Shown piece after piece: positions 8,005-15,291 of a stretch of 47,373 nt of DNA (position 1 is its first letter; each line of letters opens with the position of its first letter). Origin of the DNA: Patescibacteria group bacterium (GTDB lineage Bacteria; Patescibacteriota; Microgenomatia; PFEM01; JAHIFH01); the NCBI GenBank assembly GCA_018900995.1, contig JAHIFH010000012.1:1-47373 (forward strand), read 5' to 3'. The translations under genes were made by a program, and so were the position numbers. The notes under the pieces were generated by a model. It saw only the letters and a program-made list of their open reading frames with translations, made no database searches and had not been told where the DNA came from.

Positions 8005-9256
8005 TATAAATATAATATACCAAAAGGCTGATGAGGAGCAAGCTTAGAATAGAAATTGAGACCCAAACTATTTGAGATAAGCTTTGGTGGAAAAGAAAAA
8101 TCAAAATAACTTGGGCAGCAGCAGCAATAACTGGTAAGACAACCACTTTAACTTTTTTTACCGAAAGATAAAAGTTTACTAACAGAGAAGAAAGTGAATA
8201 CAGACTTAAGAATATAGCGAAAAGAAAGAGATAAGGTGAAGCCGAAAGATATTGGCGGCCATAAAGGATATTAATCATTAACTTGGGAAAAAGAAAATAA
8301 ATTCCACTAATCCCCAAACAAGTAAGCAAAACCAAACCCAGGCTTAAACTGAGAAGATTAATGTATTTTTTCCCGTTAGCGTGTCGCTCAGAAACCATCG
8401 GGAACATTACCATAATTATCGGGCTTGAGGCAAAGAAAATGATTTTGCCTAAAGTCGCTAAAGCGGCATAAAAGCCCGCTTCCTGAGCTGGTAAAAAATG
8501 TCTTACCAATACAATGTCAGTCGTATAAAGCGAGGTAAAAGCAAGAGTGGAAAAAAACACTGGAACAGCATATCTAACAATCTCCTGGCTGTTTATCGTT
8601 TTCTTTCTTTCTTTCTTTCTTTCAAATAAACGCCTAACAAAAAAAGCTGTCAATAAATAGCCAATCAGCGCACTTACTAAAAAGGCTAAAACTGCACCTA
8701 AAACTTTCCATCCCAAATAAACTAATAAAACAGCTATTCCAAGTTTTAAGACGACTTGAACTGCTCCTGAAATTGACATTAAACCGAAACGAAGGAATCC
8801 CTGAAGGGTAGTAACGTTAACCATAAAATAGACTCCAACTAAGCTCGATGTTATTATTAACAGCAAAGGTAAAATCGATTTAAGATGAAGAAATGAGGCA
8901 ATTAATGGAGAGATTATTATTAATAACAGAAACCCAGCTAAACTAAAAATTACTAACTTTTTATTTAACCAAGAATAAAAATAAAAAATTGTCCCAAAAT
9001 CCTTTTTCCCTCGTAAGGCAGAGACATATTTAACTACTACCAAACTTAAACTATTAACGGGAATGCTGATTAGATAACTGAAGGAAATCAACGAAGCAAG
9101 AATGCCATAATCAATGGGTCCCAACATCCGCCCCATCAAAAGATGATAAAGATAGTTGCCAAAATTGGCAAACATATTACCGGCAAATAAAATAGCACTA
9201 CCAGCAATCAGCTGATTTTCGATTAATTTCAGTAATTTTAGTTTAAGAGGGTTCAT
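7952..9256 (-). CDS. Wzx/MOP-superfamily oligosaccharide flippase
   Basis: About 12-14 TM helices. The N-terminal AGSAILFAGNMFANFGNYLYHLLMGRMLGPIDYG is typical of polysaccharide-export flippases. Confidence 0.7.
   Translation of the reverse strand: MNPLKLKLLKLIENQLIAGSAILFAGNMFANFGNYLYHLLMGRMLGPIDYGILASLISFSYLISIPVNSLSLVVVKYVSALRGKKDFGTIFYFYSWLNKKLVIFSLAGFLLLIIISPLIASFLHLKSILPLLLIITSSLVGVYFMVNVTTLQGFLRFGLMSISGAVQVVLKLGIAVLLVYLGWKVLGAVLAFLVSALIGYLLTAFFVRRLFERKKERKKTINSQEIVRYAVPVFFSTLAFTSLYTTDIVLVRHFLPAQEAGFYAALATLGKIIFFASSPIIMVMFPMVSERHANGKKYINLLSLSLGLVLLTCLGISGIYFLFPKLMINILYGRQYLSASPYLFLFAIFLSLYSLSSLLVNFYLSVKKVKVVVLPVIAAAAQVILIFLFHQSLSQIVWVSISILSLLLISLLVYYIYSDNKTKKAPTFSYRSRL
8600..8623. repeat. 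Tetranucleotide repeat (TTTC)x6
   Basis: Read directly. On the minus strand it is (GAAA)6, encoding ERKKERKK in the central loop of the flippase. Confidence 0.95.
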
Positions 9257-9270
9257 TTAAAAAAGAGTTA

Positions 9271-10584
9271 CTAAGCCAGCCAGTATCCTCGAGTGAAAAA
9301 TAATAGAGAAATAATTAATAGTGGAATAGCGATGAGCGGATACAAGATTCTCACCCACCTATATTTCTCTGCCCAAATAGCAAGAAGAATAAAGCCAGGA
9401 AAAAGAACCAGGGCATAGCGAGGTAAAGAGGAAAAAGTGCCAGTCAGAGTAGGGGTGATATAAGCTAAAGCCATAAAAGTAACATAAGGATACCAGCGCC
9501 GAAGCCAGGCAAAGAGACTTAGAACTAAAAAGGCAGTGCCACTGAAAAATTCCAAAATAACAACAAAGTAAGTAGGAGTTAACTTTTCACAGGTCACGAG
9601 CATCTTTAGGTAACGCCAAAAAACTTGATAAAGAAGTACTAATTTAGTCGCTGTTCTCCCGGCCCCAAAATAAGGTTGGACGTGAAGAAACAAAAGTGGA
9701 TCCTGGAATTTGGTAGCTAAATAGGACATATAACCAATTAATCCCAAAGGGATAAATAAAAGCGGGATTAAAGTGATCGGTGATCGGTGAGTGGTGGTCG
9801 GTTTTTTTCTGGTCGCTGGTGGCTGGTGGCTGGTAGCTCCTTGCTGCCACCATTCAACAAGCAAGGCTGGAAAGAGAAAAACTCCTGGCAAACGAGTTGA
9901 TGTCGCTAACAAGCCGAAAATACCTGCTAGCCACCAGTGTTTGGTTCTGGCAAAATAAAAACTGGCGAGAACGAGCATTAGGAACAATGACTCGGTATAA
10001 ACGGCGGCAAAGTAAAAAGCCGTCGGGAAAATTAGCAAATAGACAACTGCTCTTTTGGCTATACTTTTTTGATAGTCCAGTCTGATCAATTTATAGAAAA
10101 TTAATAGAGCAAAAAATAAACTAACGGTTGAGACAAACAAACCGGCCACCAAATCACGACCATAAAAAAAGGGGGTTAGAGCCTTGATTAACTTCGGATA
10201 AAGAGGAAAAAAGGCCTGCTGATAAATTCCATATCCCTTTCGGGCAATATCCAAATAATGAATTCCATCAAAATTAGCTCGACTCCAAAGCCAACGGGGG
10301 CTAACCACTTGCTTCTCGGTATAAAGATATTCCATAGTGGTGGGAAAATACTGTTCGCCAAGAACAATTAGACCACCAATCAATACTTGCCAGATGACAA
10401 AAACTGACAGAATAAAAGGAAGAGTTTTTTTACTACACCGGCTGCAAGGCGACACTAGTCGCCGCAGTCCCGCACTAGAACGGTGCGGGATAGCACAGCC
10501 CCGTACGAAAACTCTCTCAGCTTTAGCGCTGGAGGCGTTTTCATTTTTTCGTAATAATTTCCTGATATACTTTGTAAGTTTCAT
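9271..10584 (-). CDS. PIG-V-like (GT76-type) polytopic mannosyltransferase
   Basis: NFDGIHYLDIARKGYG...QAFFPLYP matches the PIG-V family signature. Multiple TM helices. The N-terminal 55 aa are atypical and GC-rich. Confidence 0.65.
   Translation of the reverse strand: MKLTKYIRKLLRKNENASSAKAERVFVRGCAIPHRSSAGLRRLVSPCSRCSKKTLPFILSVFVIWQVLIGGLIVLGEQYFPTTMEYLYTEKQVVSPRWLWSRANFDGIHYLDIARKGYGIYQQAFFPLYPKLIKALTPFFYGRDLVAGLFVSTVSLFFALLIFYKLIRLDYQKSIAKRAVVYLLIFPTAFYFAAVYTESLFLMLVLASFYFARTKHWWLAGIFGLLATSTRLPGVFLFPALLVEWWQQGATSHQPPATRKKPTTTHRSPITLIPLLFIPLGLIGYMSYLATKFQDPLLFLHVQPYFGAGRTATKLVLLYQVFWRYLKMLVTCEKLTPTYFVVILEFFSGTAFLVLSLFAWLRRWYPYVTFMALAYITPTLTGTFSSLPRYALVLFPGFILLAIWAEKYRWVRILYPLIAIPLLIISLLFFTRGYWLA
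9773..9838. repeat. Composite element: 4 heptamers, GTTTTTTTCT, 4 heptamers (66 nt)
   Basis: gtgatcg gtgatcg gtgagtg gtggtcg gtttttttct ggtcgct ggtggct ggtggct ggtagct. It encodes ATSHQPPATRKKPTTTHRSPIT. Confidence 0.9.
10442..10490. other. GC-rich twin hairpin element
   Basis: Hairpin A: CTGC-aa-GGCGAC ACTA GTCGCC-GCAG (10442-10467). Hairpin B: TCCCGCAC TAGAACG GTGCGGGA (10468-10490). Both were verified base by base. Confidence 0.8.
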
Positions 10585-11587
10585 TGGCTACCTTTTCCCA
10601 ACTAAATTTTTTCGCTTGCTTTAATCCCTTTTCTATTAAATCCTCTCTTAAATCTTCGTCTTCAATGACAACTGTCAAACCATTAGCAATATCATTTATA
10701 TCATAAGGGTCAACGAAAACTGCTGCCTTGCCTGCGATTTCCGGCAAACTCGCCTTTTTGCTCGTTACTACTGGAGTTCCGCAAGCCATCGCTTCGAGAA
10801 CCGGCAAGCCAAAGCCTTCGTAAAATGACGGCTGACAATAAACGGTGGCTAAATTATAAAGGACGACTAAATCTTTATCGGGAACAAAACCAGTGAGGAT
10901 GATTGATGATTTGCAGTAATCCTGCAACCAAACTAAATCGCGGTTTTCAGGATGGCTTCGGTCAATTTTTCTCTCAACTGCCTGTTTGCCGACAATAACT
11001 AAGGGTATTTTTGCTTTCTCGCAAGCCTTGACCAGGCCGCGAATATTTTTATTGTAATTAACGTCACCGACGTATAAAACAAACTTACTGGGAAGATGAT
11101 ATTTTTGTTTTACAGTAACCAGTGATTGGTGACTAGTAATCGGTTTAAAAATATCAGCCGCCGCCAAATAAACAACATGAATTTTTTCTTTTGAATAATC
11201 TAAATATTTAGTGATGTCTTTTTTAGAGTTTTTAGAATCGGTAATGACACCACTCGCTGTTCTTAGAGCCAGCTTTTGGGCTCTAAATTTCAACTTACCC
11301 TTTATTCCAGGCGGATAATGTTCTGGAAAAACTAGCGGCGTAGTGTCGTGAATGGTGACTACCGTCTTTTTCTTTCTCATTAAAGGTAAAGTCATAAAAA
11401 ACAAATCAAAATAAGAATAATGAATTAAGTCGCAATCTTGAGGAATTTCTCCTTCTTCCACTAAAACCAACTCAAAATCAGCCCTTTTGAAAGACTGCAA
11501 AGCCTTAACAAGATTCTTAGTATAGGCGCCAATGCCCCGAAATTGATGGGCTGACTTTAATGGAGAAATATCAATGGCAACTTTCAT
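10541..11587 (-). CDS. GT4 family (GT-B) glycosyltransferase
   Basis: PSFYEGFGLPVLEAMACGTPVVTS is the Glycos_transf_1 E-x7-E region. Confidence 0.9.
   Translation of the reverse strand: MKVAIDISPLKSAHQFRGIGAYTKNLVKALQSFKRADFELVLVEEGEIPQDCDLIHYSYFDLFFMTLPLMRKKKTVVTIHDTTPLVFPEHYPPGIKGKLKFRAQKLALRTASGVITDSKNSKKDITKYLDYSKEKIHVVYLAAADIFKPITSHQSLVTVKQKYHLPSKFVLYVGDVNYNKNIRGLVKACEKAKIPLVIVGKQAVERKIDRSHPENRDLVWLQDYCKSSIILTGFVPDKDLVVLYNLATVYCQPSFYEGFGLPVLEAMACGTPVVTSKKASLPEIAGKAAVFVDPYDINDIANGLTVVIEDEDLREDLIEKGLKQAKKFSWEKVANETYKVYQEIITKK
11115..11142. repeat. Heptamer tandem array GTRAYYR x4
   Basis: gtaacca gtgattg gtgacta gtaatcg, then gttt. It encodes KPITSHQSLVT. Confidence 0.85.
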
Positions 11588-11597
11588 AATTCTATTT

Positions 11598-12467
11598 TTA
11601 CTTTCTTACTAAGTATCGCCAGTAGGCCCTAGGAAATCTTAGGGCAGAGAAAAAAGAAAAAACAATTCCTTGAAAGCTATCAAGAATTCCTTTATGCCTA
11701 ATAAGAGTTAACAAGAACCAATGAATAGGTTTTATCAAGGAATAATTTAGGAACTGAATTGGATTTTTACCTAATCGGGCTTCTTTAAACTCAGCTGTGA
11801 TTAAATCAATATACTTACTGTTCCTTTCAAGATATCTTTTAAATGTCGGGTCAGCTAGATGAATAAGGTCATTCTGCAACCAGCCTATCCTGCCATTAAT
11901 TACAATCTGTTCATGAACACTTTTGCACGGAAAATATGCTTTGCCATTCTTGACTAGACGAATGACCCCATCAGGATAAACACCGCCATAGCGAAGGTAT
12001 TTACCCAAAAAGTAATTTAAGCGGGGCATAAAAAATCCAGCATATTCTCCGCTGTCTTTACCAATTTTCCCATCTCTTTTTTCTATTATCCTTTGATGCC
12101 TTTGAAACAAATTCTTATTTGGAAGCGTTTCTTGATATTTCTTGATTTTCCTTTCACTTAAGGAAACAATCATTTTAATCTCCTCAGCTAATTTCTTTGT
12201 CACCCTCTCATCAGCATCCAATTGGAGAATCCACTCTCCCTTACAAGCATCAAGGGCTTTTTGTTTATTAATGTGAAAGATAGGTGGATTATCAGTCACC
12301 ATTACTTTGGCGCCGTGTTTTTTAGCGATGGCAACCGTATCATCTTCAGAAGAACCATCAACCACAACAATCTCATCCGCTAAATCTTTCACTGACTCCA
12401 AACAGGAGCCAATATTTTCTTCCTCGTTATAGGTGGCTAGGGCTACAGAAATAGTTTTTTTCTTCAT
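11598..12467 (-). CDS. GT2 glycosyltransferase (WaaE/KdtX-like subgroup with helical C-terminal domain)
   Basis: ISVALATYNEEENIGSCLESVKDLADEIVVVDGSSEDDT and LQLDADERV. Paralogous to 31940..32716 and 33599..34501. Confidence 0.9.
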   Translation of the reverse strand: MKKKTISVALATYNEEENIGSCLESVKDLADEIVVVDGSSEDDTVAIAKKHGAKVMVTDNPPIFHINKQKALDACKGEWILQLDADERVTKKLAEEIKMIVSLSERKIKKYQETLPNKNLFQRHQRIIEKRDGKIGKDSGEYAGFFMPRLNYFLGKYLRYGGVYPDGVIRLVKNGKAYFPCKSVHEQIVINGRIGWLQNDLIHLADPTFKRYLERNSKYIDLITAEFKEARLGKNPIQFLNYSLIKPIHWFLLTLIRHKGILDSFQGIVFSFFSALRFPRAYWRYLVRK

Positions 12468-13609
12468 TTAATCCCCATCTTCTTTGTTTCAACTTTTTCT
12501 GGCAGCATGAACTTAACCGAGTCATCAGCGGTAATGCCCTTTTCATCCGCTAAAACTAAATTAATAGCATGAACAATAACTAAATGGGCGGTTTGAATTT
12601 TTGATGAAGATGGACCCTCGGGTTTGGAATTACTTTTAATAATGTATTCCGCCTGTTTTCCTAAGGGGGTATCAATATTCTCGGTAATAGCAACGGTAAT
12701 TGCTTTTTTCTTTCTCGCCTGTCTTAAGGTCTCGTAAACAAAGCCTGTCCCTCCGCTAGCAGAGACACTAATAACCACATCTCCTTTATTAACTACAAAA
12801 TTAATATAACGAGAAAGTCCGGCTTCTTCTTCAGCAGTACCCTTAGCAAAACTCACTGGTTGGGCCTCAGCTAAATCATTAGTAAAAGCCAAAATAGGCA
12901 AACCTGTCTCTAAACCTTGACCCGCCATTTCTTTAGCCACCAAAGCCGAGGCGCCCGCCCCTGTAACAATAATTTTTTTGCCTTTTTTAATTTGCCGATC
13001 GATCATCTTGATTACCTTAATAATCCCTTCCTCGCTAGTGTGATAAGTTTCGGCTAAACCTTTTTGCTCCTCATCAAACACTCGCTTTATCTTATCCTCT
13101 ATTGTTTTACAGCCTTCAAAATCAATGGAAACCATCATCGGTTTGTTAATATCAATTAGCTGGCCAACACTATCGATCAAAATTAGGTCCTTATAAGAAG
13201 TTTTGGTGAATTCCAGAGTCGTTCCCGGCAAATCACCAACTTTATAGGCAGTCCCACAGAGATAGTTAATCAAGCTCGTTTTACCAGCATTGAAAACTCC
13301 GAGAACAATTACTCTGTCTTTGTTAAAAAAGTCATCTATTTTTCTTTTTAACTTCAAAAGGTTCTTTCTGGTCTTTAAAGAAATTGGCAAAACATTGTCT
13401 TTCAATTCTTTCTCTATCTTAAGGTAAGAATTATTCCTCACCCTGTCATTCTTGTTTCCAACTACAAAGTACTTCAACCCCTTTTCTTGACAAGCATCAA
13501 TAAAGGCTTTGATGGTATTAATTTGGGGGTCGACTAAATTGGCTATCACAATCGCCCCAGAGGGTCTAGCTTGTAAAAATGGTGCCGAAATTTTTTTGGT
13601 TACTCTCAT
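12464..13609 (-). CDS. Circularly permuted GTPase domain fused to a SIS (sugar-phosphate isomerase/binding) domain
   Basis: Motif order is G4 GNKND, then G1 GVFNAGKTS, then G2 PGTT, then G3 DSVG. The SIS domain follows: KIIVTGAGASALVAKEMAGQG and VVISVSASGGT. ATGA-type 4-nt overlaps occur at both ends. Confidence 0.7.
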   Translation of the reverse strand: MRVTKKISAPFLQARPSGAIVIANLVDPQINTIKAFIDACQEKGLKYFVVGNKNDRVRNNSYLKIEKELKDNVLPISLKTRKNLLKLKRKIDDFFNKDRVIVLGVFNAGKTSLINYLCGTAYKVGDLPGTTLEFTKTSYKDLILIDSVGQLIDINKPMMVSIDFEGCKTIEDKIKRVFDEEQKGLAETYHTSEEGIIKVIKMIDRQIKKGKKIIVTGAGASALVAKEMAGQGLETGLPILAFTNDLAEAQPVSFAKGTAEEEAGLSRYINFVVNKGDVVISVSASGGTGFVYETLRQARKKKAITVAITENIDTPLGKQAEYIIKSNSKPEGPSSSKIQTAHLVIVHAINLVLADEKGITADDSVKFMLPEKVETKKMGIK

Positions 13610-15291
13610 GTTTTAACAATTTGAAAGGCGATGCTTCCATCTTTAAAATAAATTTCTTTAGTTATCTTCGGTGGGGGTGGGATTTTTCCTTCCTCTATTA
13701 ACCTTCGGGTTTTTTCATCGATTGTTAGTTCTGGAATTTCTTTATCAGTTCCAATAATAAGAACATTCTTCTGCTTTTTCAGTTCTTCAAAATTAATTGA
13801 TGCAAAATGATATTTATCAAAATCACGAACCGTTGAAAAACCAAATTTATCTCGAGGAGTCAACTTGACCTCTTGCTGAAATTGTTCTGGAGGATATTTC
13901 AGATAAAAAAGAAATAAAATGTAGGGTTGATCATACTTATCAGTGACGTAAATCCGTTCGTACTTCCCTTCGACTTCTTGAACATAACTAACTAATTGAT
14001 CAAAGCCATATTCCCAAGCATCTGGGTAAGTTTTAGGATAGTGAACATAGTATTGATGTAAATAATAAGTCGTACTCCAAAGAAGAACAACAGCAACCAG
14101 TAACCAGTAACTAGTAACCAGTGGTTTCTTTGCTTTCGTCTTAACCCATAACCAGCTTTGATAAAAACCATAAGCGCTAATGATAATTAAAGGGATAACC
14201 ATCATTAAAGACCGAAGAGCATGGGGAGTTTGGAAAGTCATTGCTGCCGCCACTGGCGCCACTGCTAACCAAAGAAAAACCACTAACCAATTTTTTGGCT
14301 GCTTTTTAAGAAGAAAATAAATCCCTAAAACAACGAGAAGAATATCAAATAAATACATCTGTCCCATGTCGGGAACACGACTTCTCTCGATTACATCGCC
14401 TGTTATGAATAAATATTCTCCCTGAAGATGGTCGAACCAGTTTTTGGCAAAAGCAATTGAATAACCAATGAACCGATTGTGAATTAAGCGTACTGGTAAA
14501 GCCATTGTATCTCCATGATGACCTCGTAGTTCATTAATTCTCCATAATGGTCCCGTGTCTGCCAGTAATCCCACTCCCGCAAACCGCGAAATCCCTGCTG
14601 GACCAAAGAAACTAATGATCAAAGGAATTAGAATTATGAACCCCACGATTCCACTAATTAATACCCATTGGCGATTTTTTCGTTGGAAAAGCCTCTTACG
14701 ATAAAGAAAAATTAATCCTAAGCCCAAAAGTGGAACAATTATCCGCGCGCTATGGTAGGTATAAAAAGATAAACCATAAAACAAAACAGAGAAGACAAAA
14801 AATCTTGGCTTCTCTAATCCCTTGAAAAATAGCCAGCTACCCAAAAGAATAAGGCAAGTAGCCGCGTTTGTTTCCCATCCTCCGCGGGAAAAATGTAGAT
14901 GCCAAGGGGAAATGGCTAAGAAAAACGCTGATAACAACCCCCAAACTTCGTTTTTAAACAACTCTTTAACCAATAAATAAATCAACCAAACGCTGAGAGT
15001 TCCCAAAATCGCTGATGGCAATCTAACCGCCAGAACATTAAGTCCTAAAATCTTGACCAAGGGAAGAACAAGATAAAAATAAAGTCCAGGCTTGTAATCG
15101 CCAAATGACTTGAAATGTATCGGCCACGAATTACCATGCTCATCCTTTCCAGTCAAAATCAGAGAATAAGCGTTATAGCCAATTGCTGCCTCATCGGCAT
15201 TAAGACCAGCAGGGTAACTGCTAAGACCCCATAATCGTAAGATTGAGGCGAGTAATAAGATTAACCCCAAGCAAAAAATTTTAAATTTCAT
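13606..15291 (-). CDS. GT39/PMT_2-type polytopic glycosyltransferase (GT-C), paralogue 1
   Basis: LNADEAAIGYNAYSLILTGKDEHGNSWPIHFKSFGDYKPGLYFY loop-1 DE motif. More than 10 TM helices. C-terminal soluble domain with PYILFLFYLKYPPEQF. Confidence 0.85.
   Translation of the reverse strand: MKFKIFCLGLILLLASILRLWGLSSYPAGLNADEAAIGYNAYSLILTGKDEHGNSWPIHFKSFGDYKPGLYFYLVLPLVKILGLNVLAVRLPSAILGTLSVWLIYLLVKELFKNEVWGLLSAFFLAISPWHLHFSRGGWETNAATCLILLGSWLFFKGLEKPRFFVFSVLFYGLSFYTYHSARIIVPLLGLGLIFLYRKRLFQRKNRQWVLISGIVGFIILIPLIISFFGPAGISRFAGVGLLADTGPLWRINELRGHHGDTMALPVRLIHNRFIGYSIAFAKNWFDHLQGEYLFITGDVIERSRVPDMGQMYLFDILLVVLGIYFLLKKQPKNWLVVFLWLAVAPVAAAMTFQTPHALRSLMMVIPLIIISAYGFYQSWLWVKTKAKKPLVTSYWLLVAVVLLWSTTYYLHQYYVHYPKTYPDAWEYGFDQLVSYVQEVEGKYERIYVTDKYDQPYILFLFYLKYPPEQFQQEVKLTPRDKFGFSTVRDFDKYHFASINFEELKKQKNVLIIGTDKEIPELTIDEKTRRLIEEGKIPPPPKITKEIYFKDGSIAFQIVKT
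14093..14120. repeat. Heptamer tandem array GYAACYA x4
   Basis: gcaacca gtaacca gtaacta gtaacca, then gtggttt. It encodes part of KKPLVTSYWLLV. Confidence 0.85.

Noticed and set aside
9644-9853. Track ORF of 69 aa (…SYQPPATSDQKKTDHHSPITDH…)
   Set aside because: It is simply the heptamer element read in a second stop-free frame inside the PIG-V-like gene, with no independent coding signal.
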